Translations under genes and position numbers: made by a program
Assembly: GCA_963676795.2 (NCBI GenBank)
Contig: CAXXTB010000002.1
Location: 2,272,001 to 2,336,000, forward strand
Length of the DNA: 64,000 nt
Reading direction: 5' to 3'
Source of the DNA: Geopsychrobacteraceae bacterium
GTDB taxonomy: Bacteria; Desulfobacterota; Desulfuromonadia; Desulfuromonadales; Geopsychrobacteraceae
Shown here: positions 20,790 through 30,632 of the stretch, piece after piece
Position numbering within the stretch: position 1 is the first letter of the stretch
Layout: every line of letters begins with the position of its first letter
The notes under the pieces: model-generated
The model's database searches: none
Told to the model about the DNA's origin: nothing
The model's input: only the letters and a program-made list of their open reading frames with translations

Positions 20790-22220
20790 ATGCTATCCGG
20801 CCTTTATCTGATTACAGATGACAACCTTGATGGACAACTGGAACAGAAAGTGGAAGCGGCCCTGCTTGGTGGGGCACGCATTGTTCAGTACCGAGCCAAA
20901 AATGTCCGCCCTGACGACCGTCGCCAGATGGCCGAAAAACTACTGCGTTACTGTCGACGCTATGAAGCCCTGTTTATCGTCAACGATCTCCCCGAACTGG
21001 CCCGCGAAATTGATGCGGACGGCGTTCATCTCGGCCAGGAAGATATGCCGCTCTCCCAGGCCAGAAAAATCCTCGGCCACAAAAAGCTGATCGGAATTTC
21101 GACCCACAATGTCGACCAGGCCCTTAAGGCTGAGGCTCAGGGAGCTGACTACATCGGTATTGGCAGTATCTTTGCCACTGACAGCAAAGAGGATACGGAA
21201 GAGGTCGGCATCAAAACCCTGGAACGGGTGCGCAGGGCGGTCCAGATCCCGGTTGTTGCCATTGGCGGCATGACTCCGGAAAGAGCCTATGAAGCTATTC
21301 AGGCTGGAGCCGACAGCATCGCTGTTCTTTCCGGGATCATGGCCGACGGGGAACCGGCGCGGGCGGCCAAGGAGTTCACGCTGCTCTTCAACTGCCACCT
21401 CGATCAGCCCAAAGGCAAGGTCCTGACCATTGCCGGGTCTGATTCCGGCGGCGGAGCAGGCATTCAGGCCGACATCAAAACCATCACCCTGCTTGGCAGC
21501 TATGCCAGCAGCGCCATCACGGCCCTGACCGCCCAGAATACGCTTGGCGTCAGTCAGGCCTACAGCGTTGAAAGTGATTTCGTGAGCAAACAGATCGAGG
21601 TTGTCCTTGACGATATCGGCGCCGACACTTTAAAAACCGGTATGCTCAGCTGGGGCGGCATCATTTCGCGCGTCGCCAGGCTGATCGAAGAACGCGCCCT
21701 GCTGACCGTCGTCGACCCGGTCATGATGGCCAAGGGGGGGGAAGAACTTCTCGACCCGGAAGCCCTCGACATCCTGATTGCCCGGCTGATGCCTCAATCC
21801 TACCTGCTGACCCCGAACCTGCCGGAAACCGAGGCGTTGACCGGCATCCTCCCCCACTCCGTCGAAGAGATGGTTGAAGCCGGCCACCAGCTGCAGGAGC
21901 TCGGCGCCCGCAACGTCCTCATCAAGGGAGGCCACCTGAGCAAGGATGCCACCGACGTTCTGCTGCTTGACGATAAGGTCCACTACCTGACCTCTGAGCG
22001 CTTTGACACCATGAACACCCACGGAACCGGCTGCACCCTGTCGGCCGCGATAGCAACCTTCCTGGCCCAGGGCTACCCGCTGCGCCTGGCTGTCGAGCGA
22101 GCCAAGCGCTTCATCAGCCTCGCCATAGAGCATGCACGCCCCCTTGGAAAGGGACAGGGTCCGGTCAACCATTATTATGCGGCAATGCAACTCTTGCATG
22201 AATCCACCGGAATAGATTAA
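20790..22220 (+). CDS. thiDE: Fused thiamine-phosphate synthase (ThiE) / HMP(-P) kinase (ThiD)
   Basis: N-half GLYLIT, VQYR, ADGVHLGQED, VAIGG; C-half LTIAGSDSGGGAGIQAD, TPNLPE, HGTGCTLS. Confidence 0.92.
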   Translation: MLSGLYLITDDNLDGQLEQKVEAALLGGARIVQYRAKNVRPDDRRQMAEKLLRYCRRYEALFIVNDLPELAREIDADGVHLGQEDMPLSQARKILGHKKLIGISTHNVDQALKAEAQGADYIGIGSIFATDSKEDTEEVGIKTLERVRRAVQIPVVAIGGMTPERAYEAIQAGADSIAVLSGIMADGEPARAAKEFTLLFNCHLDQPKGKVLTIAGSDSGGGAGIQADIKTITLLGSYASSAITALTAQNTLGVSQAYSVESDFVSKQIEVVLDDIGADTLKTGMLSWGGIISRVARLIEERALLTVVDPVMMAKGGEELLDPEALDILIARLMPQSYLLTPNLPETEALTGILPHSVEEMVEAGHQLQELGARNVLIKGGHLSKDATDVLLLDDKVHYLTSERFDTMNTHGTGCTLSAAIATFLAQGYPLRLAVERAKRFISLAIEHARPLGKGQGPVNHYYAAMQLLHESTGID

Positions 22221-22259
22221 ACTCCAAAACATCGTTTTTGACTGAACGTCCATTCAACT

Positions 22260-22298
22260 AGCAGCGCAGTCATCATGGTCATGACTGCGCTGCTTTTG
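22260..22298 (+). terminator. Terminator-like hairpin between thiDE and thiC
   Basis: 14-bp perfect stem AGCAGCGCAGTCAT/ATGACTGCGCTGCT followed by TTT. Confidence 0.55.
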
Positions 22299-22318
22299 CT
22301 ATAAGGGATTAAGGATTC

Positions 22319-23617
22319 ATGACACAACTTGAAATGGCCCGTAACGGGCAGATCAGTGACCTGCTCCGCCAGGCCGCCGCCAGAGAAAATATCGATCCGG
22401 AAATTCTGCGTCAGCGCGTTGCTGCAGGAACAGCCGTTATCTGCCTGAACAAAGTGCACAAAAACGGCAAACCACTCGCCGTTGGCGAAGGCCTGCGCAC
22501 CAAGACCAATGCCAACATCGGGACCAGCCAGGACGACACCAGCATCGACAAGGAACTGGAAAAGGCCAAGGTGGCCGCCGCTGCCGGGGCCGATGCACTG
22601 ATGGACCTGTCAACCGGCGGACCGATCGATGAAATCCGCGCGGCGATCATCGCCGAAACCGATCTCTGTATCGGCAGCGTTCCACTCTATCAAGCAGCCT
22701 GTGACTGCATCATCAAGCAGGGGAAGCCGATCGTTGACATGACAGTTGAGGATATCTTTGCCGGAGTCAAAAAACATCTGGATGATGGTGTTGACTTCAT
22801 CACTGTCCACTGCGGCATCACCCGGGAAACCGTCTCGCGCATGGACAAGGAAGGCCGCATCATGGAGGTTGTCTCCCGCGGCGGCTCCTTCACCATCGGC
22901 TGGATGACCCACAACAATGCGGAAAACCCGCTTTACGAATATTACGATCGCCTGCTCGAACTGGTGCGCCCCTACGACGCCGTCCTCTCCCTTGGCGACG
23001 GCTTCCGGCCGGGCTGCCTGGCCGATGCCACCGACCGGGCCCAGATTCAGGAACTGATCATTCTCGGCGAACTGACCAAACGCGCCCAGGATGCCGGCAT
23101 CCAGGTCATGATCGAAGGACCCGGCCATGTTCCGCTCAACCAGATCGAGGCCAACATCAAACTGCAGAAACGGCTCTGTCACGGGGCCCCCTTCTATGTC
23201 CTCGGACCACTGGTCACCGATATCGCACCAGGCTATGACCACATCACCTCGGCCATCGGTGGAACCATCGCTGCTGCGGCCGGAGCGGATTTTCTCTGCT
23301 ACGTCACCCCGAGTGAGCACCTGCGCCTGCCGACCGTCGAGGATGTCCATGAAGGGGTCATGGCTTCACGGATTGCCGCCCACGCCGCCGACATCGTCAA
23401 AGGGATTCCCGGCGCCATGGAAAAAGATAATATCATGGCCAAGGCCCGCAAGGATCTCGACTGGGAAAAGCAATTCGAAGTCGCGATCGACCCGGACAAG
23501 GCACGGCGCTTAAGAGATGAATCCGGGGTTGACGAAACCCACGGAGCCTGCACCATGTGCGGTGCCCTGTGCGCTTATAAGGTAATGAATGAGCGCTCTG
23601 AAAAAAAAGCGATATAA
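22319..23617 (+). CDS. thiC: Phosphomethylpyrimidine synthase (short-type ThiC)
   Basis: KTNANIGTS, MDLSTGG, SRGGS, MIEGPGH, YDHI, CTMCGALC Fe-S motif; next to thiDE (a Bza paralog cannot be excluded by eye). Confidence 0.88.
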   Translation: MTQLEMARNGQISDLLRQAAARENIDPEILRQRVAAGTAVICLNKVHKNGKPLAVGEGLRTKTNANIGTSQDDTSIDKELEKAKVAAAAGADALMDLSTGGPIDEIRAAIIAETDLCIGSVPLYQAACDCIIKQGKPIVDMTVEDIFAGVKKHLDDGVDFITVHCGITRETVSRMDKEGRIMEVVSRGGSFTIGWMTHNNAENPLYEYYDRLLELVRPYDAVLSLGDGFRPGCLADATDRAQIQELIILGELTKRAQDAGIQVMIEGPGHVPLNQIEANIKLQKRLCHGAPFYVLGPLVTDIAPGYDHITSAIGGTIAAAAGADFLCYVTPSEHLRLPTVEDVHEGVMASRIAAHAADIVKGIPGAMEKDNIMAKARKDLDWEKQFEVAIDPDKARRLRDESGVDETHGACTMCGALCAYKVMNERSEKKAI

Positions 23618-23734
23618 TTCTGTTGCCGTCGACGGAAAACTAGTCATATAATCGGCCGCTTTTTATTCGTCTTCTTGTTTAGATTTTGAGGTGCCGGTCT
23701 CAAGTGGGCCGGCCCACTCAGGAGGATCTTGCCG

Positions 23735-24523
23735 ATGTGTGCTAAGAAAATTACTCGCCCGAAACGCCGCCCGAAAATCAAACTGCGCGGCTTCAACAAC
23801 CTAACCAAAAGCTTGAGCTTCAACATCTACGATGTCTGCTATGCCCAAAGGCCGCAGGCTCGTGAAGAGTATCTCGCTTATATCGATGAAGAGTACAACG
23901 CTGACCGTCTGACCCAGATCCTTACCGAGGTCGCAGACATTATCGGCGCCAACATTCTCAACATCTCCAGCCAGGACTACGATCCGATGGGCGCTTCGGT
24001 CACGATCCTGATAGCCGAAGAGCCTGTCGAACCGAAGTCGGACCAGGTCCTTGCCCACCTGGACAAGAGCCACCTGTGCATCCACACCTATCCGGAGACC
24101 GATTCAAAATCGGGAATTTCGACCTTCAGGGTCGATGTCGATGTATCGACCTGCGGCAAGATCAGCCCGCTCAAAGCGCTCAATCACCTGATCGAGTCGT
24201 TTGAGTCGGATATCGTCCTGATGGATTACAAGGTACGCGGCTTCACCCGCGACACCAAAGGTCAGAAACACTATATCGACCACAAGATCCACAGCATCCA
24301 GCAGTATATCCGCAAAGGGATCATGGAAAAGTACCAGTGTGTCGATATCAACATCTATCAGGAGAACCTGTTCCACACCAAGATGCTGCTGAAAGACTTC
24401 GACCTGAACCAGTACCTGTTCGCGACGACCTACGACGAGCTTTCTGATGAAGAAAGAGTGAAGATCAAAACCATTCTCCAGCAGGAGATGACCGAGATCT
24501 TCTACTCGAAAAACATCTACTAA
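23735..24523 (+). CDS. speD: S-adenosylmethionine decarboxylase proenzyme
   Basis: [23 protein letters not shown] cleavage site, STCGKISPL. Confidence 0.95.
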   Translation: MCAKKITRPKRRPKIKLRGFNNLTKSLSFNIYDVCYAQRPQAREEYLAYIDEEYNADRLTQILTEVADIIGANILNISSQDYDPMGASVTILIAEEPVEPKSDQVLAHLDKSHLCIHTYPETDSKSGISTFRVDVDVSTCGKISPLKALNHLIESFESDIVLMDYKVRGFTRDTKGQKHYIDHKIHSIQQYIRKGIMEKYQCVDINIYQENLFHTKMLLKDFDLNQYLFATTYDELSDEERVKIKTILQQEMTEIFYSKNIY

Positions 24524-24766
24524 AGATAGGGAGGGCGCTTCAGAGCGTCCTCCTCTCTTATCCCGCCAGCAGTCCTGAAGGGCTGCCGGCCTCAAACGCC
24601 CTCTCCTTCGAAGCACCGCAGAACTGACACCGTCATACACGCCGACCAACCGGCTTCTCCTGAAAAAAATAAAAGGCGCCACACGAAATGCAACGCCTTT
24701 TGATATATCATTATCTATCTATTCAAGACAGCCTCAATGGCGACCGGCCTCAGCCAGCATCCCTCA

Positions 24767-25747
24767 TCAGGCCTTCCCTGCACTGCCCAGAACCGTTTCA
24801 TTCTTATGCTTGATCAGAGCGATCAGTTCCTTGCGGGCCGCGCCCAGGTATTTGCGCGGATCGAACTCGCCCGGATCGTTGGCCAGGTATTCACGAACCT
24901 TGGCGGTCACAGCCAGGCGGCCATCGGAATCGATATTGATTTTGCAGACAGCGCTGGCGGCCGCTTTACGCAACTGATCCTCAGGCACACCGACGGCACC
25001 GTCCATCTTGCCGCCGTACTGGTTGATCAGGGCGACGTACTCAGGCACAACGCTCGATGCACCGTGAAGAACGATCGGGAAACCGGGAATGCGCTTTTCA
25101 ATCTCCTCGAGGATGTCGAAGCGCAGCGGCGGGACCTCCTCCCCCTCTTTCAGTTTGAACTTGTAGGCGCCATGGCTGGTACCGATCGAAATCGCCAGGG
25201 AATCGACACCGGTCTTCTTGACAAAATCCTCGACCTCGTCCGGTCGAGTATAGGTGGAATGCTCGGCAACAACCTCGTCTTCGATACCGGCCAGCACACC
25301 CAGTTCTCCCTCAACAGTCACATCGCGCTGATGGGCATACTCGACAACCTTGCGGGTCAGGGCGACATTCTCCTCATAAGGCAGGTGCGAACCATCGATC
25401 ATGACCGAAGAGAAACCGGAATCGATACAGTTTTTGCACAGTTCGAAGGAGTCTCCATGATCCAGATGCAGAACAATCGGGATCTCCGCACCCAGCTCAC
25501 GGGCCATTTCGACCGCCCCCATGGCCATGTAACGCAGCATGGTTTCATTGGCATAGCTACGCGCCCCCTTGCTGACCTGCAGGATGACCGGCGATCTGGT
25601 CTCGGCGCAGGCCGTGACAATGGCCTGAAGCTGCTCAAGGTTATTGAAATTATAGGCAGGGATTGCATAGCCACCAGAAACGGCCTTGGCGAAAATGTCC
25701 CGTGAATTGACCAACCCCAGATCTTTATAGCTAACCGTTTTGCTCAT
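24767..25747 (-). CDS. fba: Class II fructose-bisphosphate aldolase
   Basis: HLDHG, SVMIDGSH, VEGELG, GTSHGAYK, LHGAS, KINIDSD. Confidence 0.95.
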   Translation of the reverse strand: MSKTVSYKDLGLVNSRDIFAKAVSGGYAIPAYNFNNLEQLQAIVTACAETRSPVILQVSKGARSYANETMLRYMAMGAVEMARELGAEIPIVLHLDHGDSFELCKNCIDSGFSSVMIDGSHLPYEENVALTRKVVEYAHQRDVTVEGELGVLAGIEDEVVAEHSTYTRPDEVEDFVKKTGVDSLAISIGTSHGAYKFKLKEGEEVPPLRFDILEEIEKRIPGFPIVLHGASSVVPEYVALINQYGGKMDGAVGVPEDQLRKAAASAVCKINIDSDGRLAVTAKVREYLANDPGEFDPRKYLGAARKELIALIKHKNETVLGSAGKA

Positions 25748-25982
25748 CGATTTCTCCTCCGCAAGTAAGTGTACAAGTAGGTATCAGGCCTAGCTGGGTA
25801 GACCAAAATACTTTAATCAATCAACTGGAAACTGTCCAGCAACACACTTAATTAATCACCTGTTTTTTTCACCTCAAGAAGGTTGCAATACAGCGTTTTA
25901 TTCATTAGTATACTGCCCGCTGGAGCCCGACCGGGGCATTTTCTCACATTTTTATCTACATCTATATAGCAAGGACTGCAAA

Positions 25983-27422
25983 ATGGCCGGATCACAAGCT
26001 GACGAATATTTCAATGAATGGAAAGAGCGGGAAGCGATAGCAGAAGCGATGGTGCCATTGATCGGCAAGCTCTATCGCGATCACGAAGTTATCTGCACCG
26101 TCTTCAAACGCTCCCTGGTCAACAAATCAACCATCGACATTCTTAAAGCACACCGTTTCGCACGCCAGATCATCGATCGCGAAATCTGGGTTAAAGACAG
26201 CTTTCCGATCCTTCAGGCCCTGTGTGAAATGGATCTGGCCCCGGGTCGCGTCGACCTGGCCAAGCTGGTCATGGGCTACCAGGAAAAAGGTGGAGAACTT
26301 AGCACATTCCTGCGCGAACAGCTCAAGGACCTGAACACCGGCAAGAGCAACCAGCTGAACAAGCCGCAGGATGTCGTCCTTTACGGTTTCGGTCGCATCG
26401 GCCGCCTGGTTGCCCGCATCATGATCGAGCAGGCCGGTGGCGGCAACAAGCTGCGCCTGCGCGCTATCGTCGTCCGCAAAGGGAGTGACGACGACCTGGC
26501 AAAACGCGCCAGCCTGCTGCGTCGCGATTCGGTCCATGGCCAGTTTGACGGAACCATTACCATCGACGAAAAAGAAAATGCCATTGTTGCCAACGGCAAC
26601 ATGATCCGCGTCATCTATGCCGCCGCCCCGGACCAGATCGACTACACCCAGTACGGCATCGACAACGCCATTGTCGTCGACAATACCGGGAAATGGCGCG
26701 ATCGCGACGGACTGGGCCTCCACCTGAAGGCTAAAGGCGTGGCCAAGGTGCTGCTGACCGCACCTGGCAAAGGAAATATCCCGAACGTTGTTTACGGCGT
26801 TAACGACAATGAGCTTGAAGGTGATGAGACCATCTTCTCTGCTGCGAGCTGCACAACCAACGCGATCGTTCCGTCACTCAAAGCGATCAACGACAAGTTC
26901 GGCATCGAGTACGGTCATGTGGAAACCTGCCACAGTTATACCAACGACCAGAACCTGATCGACAACTACCATGACAAGGAACGTCGTGGCAGAGGCGCCG
27001 CCCTGAACATGGTCATCACCGAAACCGGTGCCGCGAAAGCCGTGGCCAAGGCCCTGCCCGAGCTGACCGGCAAACTGACCGGCAACGCGATCCGCGTCCC
27101 GACCCCTAATGTGTCGCTGGCGATCCTCAACCTGACTCTGAACCAGGAGACTTCGGCCGAAGAGCTCAACTGCTACCTGCGCGAGGTCTCATTGAACTCC
27201 CCGCTGCAGCACCAGATCGACTACACCAATTCTCCGGAAGCGGTCTCCAGCGACATGGTCGGTTCAACCCACGCCGGCATCGTTGACTCGCTGGCCACCA
27301 TCGTCGAAGGAAATCGATGCGTTCTCTACATCTGGTACGACAACGAATTCGGCTACAGCCATCAGGTTGTCCGCAGCATTGCCAAGATCGCCGGCATGCG
27401 CCTGGACAGCTGGCCCAAGTAA
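25983..27422 (+). CDS. gap: Glyceraldehyde-3-phosphate dehydrogenase, long form with N-terminal extension
   Basis: YGFGRIGR after ~130 extra residues, SAASCTTN catalytic Cys, WYDNEFGY. Confidence 0.92.
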   Translation: MAGSQADEYFNEWKEREAIAEAMVPLIGKLYRDHEVICTVFKRSLVNKSTIDILKAHRFARQIIDREIWVKDSFPILQALCEMDLAPGRVDLAKLVMGYQEKGGELSTFLREQLKDLNTGKSNQLNKPQDVVLYGFGRIGRLVARIMIEQAGGGNKLRLRAIVVRKGSDDDLAKRASLLRRDSVHGQFDGTITIDEKENAIVANGNMIRVIYAAAPDQIDYTQYGIDNAIVVDNTGKWRDRDGLGLHLKAKGVAKVLLTAPGKGNIPNVVYGVNDNELEGDETIFSAASCTTNAIVPSLKAINDKFGIEYGHVETCHSYTNDQNLIDNYHDKERRGRGAALNMVITETGAAKAVAKALPELTGKLTGNAIRVPTPNVSLAILNLTLNQETSAEELNCYLREVSLNSPLQHQIDYTNSPEAVSSDMVGSTHAGIVDSLATIVEGNRCVLYIWYDNEFGYSHQVVRSIAKIAGMRLDSWPK

Positions 27423-27428
27423 TCCCCA

Positions 27429-27473
27429 AGAGCAGGCTGGCAAATCTTACGGCAGCCTGCTCTCTATTCTTTT
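27429..27473 (+). terminator. Intrinsic terminator after gap
   Basis: GAGCAGGCTG/CAGCCTGCTC stem plus T-rich tail. Confidence 0.65.
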
Positions 27474-27624
27474 ACCGTCTCCACCACCCCCGCAGCACTT
27501 TATCCTTGAAAGCGCCCTGCCCTTTACCTATTCTTGATGTCTGCAAAAATGAGTTAAATTTATTGATTCAACAGCGCATAGCTGCTGAGCGACTGCCACT
27601 CTAGCGATACGTAAGGAACAATCT

Positions 27625-28206
27625 ATGGACATGAATATGTTCTGGGAAGAAGCGATCAACAACCTCTGGTGGTTGATTCCCGCCTGCCTCGTCCTCAGCC
27701 TGTTTAAATCCTCCTGGTTCAAGAGGCTCTTTCTGACCAGATTGATGACTGGTGTCAAACTGCCAAAAGACAAATACACTGCGCTGCACGATGTCAGGCT
27801 CGATATTGACGGCAATGAAATCTTCTTCAAACATATATATCTTTCAACCTATGGCATCTTCGCCGTCCAGACCCGCGAGATGAAGGGCTGGATTTTCGGC
27901 GGTAAAAACAGGGCCGAATGGACCCAGAAGCTCTATACCAAAAGCAATGAATTCAAAAACCCCCTGACCCAGTGTCTCGAAGAGTCAAAAAGGCTGGCAG
28001 ACTGGCTGATGATCTCGCCGAAATTCATCAAACCGATCGTCCAGTTCAGCGGCGACTGCGTGTTCAAGACCGATATGCCCGACAATGTGGTAAAGGGGCT
28101 GAAAAGCTTTGACTACATCAAAACCTTCACCAAGGAAGACCTACCGGCCAAAAAGCTTGAAGAGATTCAGGAAAAAATCAGCACCGCACAAATTTCACTG
28201 AGATAG
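27625..28206 (+). CDS. NERD (nuclease-related domain) protein with N-terminal TM helix
   Basis: HIYLSTYGIFAVQTREMKGWIFG..WTQ..FKNPLTQ pattern; catalytic D/E-K positions look degenerate. Confidence 0.75.
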   Translation: MDMNMFWEEAINNLWWLIPACLVLSLFKSSWFKRLFLTRLMTGVKLPKDKYTALHDVRLDIDGNEIFFKHIYLSTYGIFAVQTREMKGWIFGGKNRAEWTQKLYTKSNEFKNPLTQCLEESKRLADWLMISPKFIKPIVQFSGDCVFKTDMPDNVVKGLKSFDYIKTFTKEDLPAKKLEEIQEKISTAQISLR

Positions 28207-28226
28207 ACAAAACCTTCAGAAATGAG

Positions 28227-28265
28227 AAAAGGCCGCCTGCACGGATGTGCAGGCGGCCTTTTTTT
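28227..28265. terminator. Bidirectional intrinsic terminator
   Basis: AAAAGGCCGCCTGCAC/GTGCAGGCGGCCTTTT between convergent genes. Confidence 0.85.
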
Positions 28266-28282
28266 ACCGACGACAACAGGGT

Positions 28283-30025
28283 CTATTTCACAGCTGTAAC
28301 CCAGGCCGGAATCTCACCGATAACAACATCGAACAGGGGAATAACCAGCAGGTAGGTGCAGAGCACAACCAGAATGATGCCGATGATATTCAGACCAAAA
28401 CCACTCTTAGCCATCTGCGGAATGGTGACATACCCCGAGCCGAAAACAATGGCATTCGGCGGCGTTGCGACCGGGAGCATAAAGGCACAGGAGGCGGCGA
28501 TTGCAGCAGGTACGATCAGCAACAGCGGGCTCTGGCCCAGGCCGACAGCAACAGCGGAAAGAATCGGCATGACCATCGCGGAGGTGGCGGTATTCGAGGT
28601 CAGCTCGGTCAGGTAGATGATCAGCACGGTTACCGCGATGATCAGCACCAGGATCGGGGCATTCTGCAGCAGAGCCACCTGATTACCGAGCCATTCGGCC
28701 AGACCGGAGGTTTTGAAACCATCAGCCATAGCCAGACCACCACCGAAGAGGATCAGAACCCCCCAGGGCATCTTGGTTGCCCAGTGCCAATCCATAACAA
28801 ACTGGTTTTTCTTCAGGTTGAGCGGAATCAGGAACAGAACCAGCGCACCGGTCATGGCGATAGCCGCATCGGTCACCAGCTTCGGTTCCGGAAAGAGAAA
28901 ACCGATCTGCTGACGAAAAATCCAGCCCAGAGCGGTCAGAAGAAAAACCAGTGCCGTCCAACGCTCACCGGCGCTCATCTTACCCATTTCCTGCAGCTCC
29001 TGATTGATCAGGGCGCGGCCACCCGGAACCTTTTTCAGACTCATCGGGTTGGCAATCTTGATCAGCCAGAGCCAGCACAACGGCAGCATGACAACAACCA
29101 GAGGAATACCGACCTTGAGCCAGTCGACAAAAGAAATCTCAAAGCCGTAGGTCTTCTGCAGGTAACCGGCCAGAACCGTATTCGGCGGGGTGCCGATCAG
29201 GGTCGCAATACCGCCAATCGATGCTGCATAGGCGATACCGAGCATCAGGTTCAGACCGAAGGAGAAGTTTTCCGGGCTGAAGTCGATATGCTTGTCGAGG
29301 CCTTCCTTTTTACCCTCTTCAATAACATGGGCAATAATCGCCAGACCGATCGGCATCATCATGACCGTGGTCGCGGTATTGGACACAAAGGCGGAGAGCA
29401 CCGCGGTCGCCACCATAAAGCCGAAGATCAGTCGAGCCGGAGAAAAACCGACCATCTTGACGATATTCATCGCGATCCGGCGGTGGAGGTTCCAGCGCTG
29501 CATCGACAGGGCAATAATGAACCCACCCATAAAAAGAAAGATCAGATGATTGGCATAGGGCGCCGTTGCCTTCTGCGTGCTGGCAATCCCCATCAGTGGA
29601 AAAAGCGGAATCGGCAAAAGGCTGGTAGCCGGAATCGGAATCGATTCACACATCCACCAGGTTGCCATCAGCAAAGCGACTGCAGCCATTTTCTGAGCAA
29701 CAGGAGACATGTCCGCCGGAACAGGAATGATCAGCATCAGGATAAACAGAATCGGCCCCAGGGCCAGACCGATTTTCTGCCGCCTGGTATAGCCGCGGGG
29801 CTCTTCCTCATTTACACCGCCCGGAGTCGTTTTCAGTCGCGGTGAGTGTTCAGCCGGAGCAGATGTCATTTCATCGGCGAGATCGACATCCTTCTCTGTC
29901 ACCTTGGCAGCAAAGGCCAGGTTTTTACGGGCAATCAAACGTTTCATCGCGTTTGGCGTAACAGCCAGCAGCGATTTGGTGTCATCATGCATAACCCAGA
30001 GTCGATTCCATACGTTTGCAATCAT
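28283..30025 (-). CDS. DASS/SLC13 family Na+/dicarboxylate symporter with N-terminal extension
   Basis: Two SNT motifs, GTPPN, FMLPVATPPNA; many TM helices; GGAG RBS before ATG 30025. Confidence 0.92.
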   Translation of the reverse strand: MIANVWNRLWVMHDDTKSLLAVTPNAMKRLIARKNLAFAAKVTEKDVDLADEMTSAPAEHSPRLKTTPGGVNEEEPRGYTRRQKIGLALGPILFILMLIIPVPADMSPVAQKMAAVALLMATWWMCESIPIPATSLLPIPLFPLMGIASTQKATAPYANHLIFLFMGGFIIALSMQRWNLHRRIAMNIVKMVGFSPARLIFGFMVATAVLSAFVSNTATTVMMMPIGLAIIAHVIEEGKKEGLDKHIDFSPENFSFGLNLMLGIAYAASIGGIATLIGTPPNTVLAGYLQKTYGFEISFVDWLKVGIPLVVVMLPLCWLWLIKIANPMSLKKVPGGRALINQELQEMGKMSAGERWTALVFLLTALGWIFRQQIGFLFPEPKLVTDAAIAMTGALVLFLIPLNLKKNQFVMDWHWATKMPWGVLILFGGGLAMADGFKTSGLAEWLGNQVALLQNAPILVLIIAVTVLIIYLTELTSNTATSAMVMPILSAVAVGLGQSPLLLIVPAAIAASCAFMLPVATPPNAIVFGSGYVTIPQMAKSGFGLNIIGIILVVLCTYLLVIPLFDVVIGEIPAWVTAVK

Positions 30026-30110
30026 TTAGCATCTCCAATTTTCACAACATTGTTTCGATTTGAACATCTATCCAAACCATAGCCAACCTCTTTCAGAGTA
30101 TTTTTAACAG

Positions 30111-30127
30111 AGCAATGTCAGTGCCAA
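30111..30127 (-). promoter_or_regulatory. sigma54 (-24/-12) promoter of the DASS transporter
   Basis: Minus strand TTGGCAC-TGACA-TTGCT matches TGGCAC-N5-TTGC with exact spacing, ~85 nt upstream of the start. Confidence 0.75.
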
Positions 30128-30301
30128 ATAAAACACAATTTGAAAATTTATCGACAGGAGCCAATAAGGCCTATATTACGATGATTTGTATACAGAATAC
30201 TGAGTACAGACAAAAATCAGACAGGCAGGCACGACTGTTCAGTCGTGGCCAATTTCAGCCACTAGTGGCAAATATTAGCCTAGGCCATATTATAAAAAGA
30301 C

Positions 30302-30337
30302 AAAAAAAGACCGGCCTGAAGAACAGACCGGTCTTTT
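30302..30337 (-). terminator. Intrinsic terminator after rpsU
   Basis: AAAAGACCGG/CCGGTCTTTT stem with T run on the minus strand. Confidence 0.8.
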
Positions 30338-30355
30338 GTATCGGAAAAACCGAAA

Positions 30356-30553
30356 TTAGCTGAAGCGTTTCATGGCGCGCATCTTCTTGCGCAGACGACG
30401 CTGAGCTTCTTTTTCTTTACGCTTACGCTTGACGCTCGGCTTCTCGTAAAATTTGCGCTGCTTCATCTCACGAAACAGGCCTTCCTGCTGAAGCTTACGC
30501 TTGAGAACCTTGATCGCCTTTTCAACGTTACCGTCGATAACAGTGATTTCCAC
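30356..30553 (-). CDS. rpsU: 30S ribosomal protein S21
   Basis: YEKPSVKRKRK motif, 65 aa basic. Confidence 0.95.
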   Translation of the reverse strand: MEITVIDGNVEKAIKVLKRKLQQEGLFREMKQRKFYEKPSVKRKRKEKEAQRRLRKKMRAMKRFS

Positions 30554-30632
30554 GAATAATCACCCCACTTTCCTTCAATCTTTGCAGTCATACCGCAAGA
30601 GTTGAAGCTTATAGCGAAGTTCATCACAAAAG

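Noticed and set aside
25983..27422. GAPDH N-terminal extension as a novelty
   Set aside because: Long ~480-aa GAPDH forms are a known widespread subfamily.
1799..29845. Many long antisense ORFs (e.g. 1799..3097, 12062..13132, 16205..17704, 24737..25705, 28247..29845)
   Set aside because: They lie opposite well-recognised genes, have no motifs, and are typical shadows of GC-rich codon usage.
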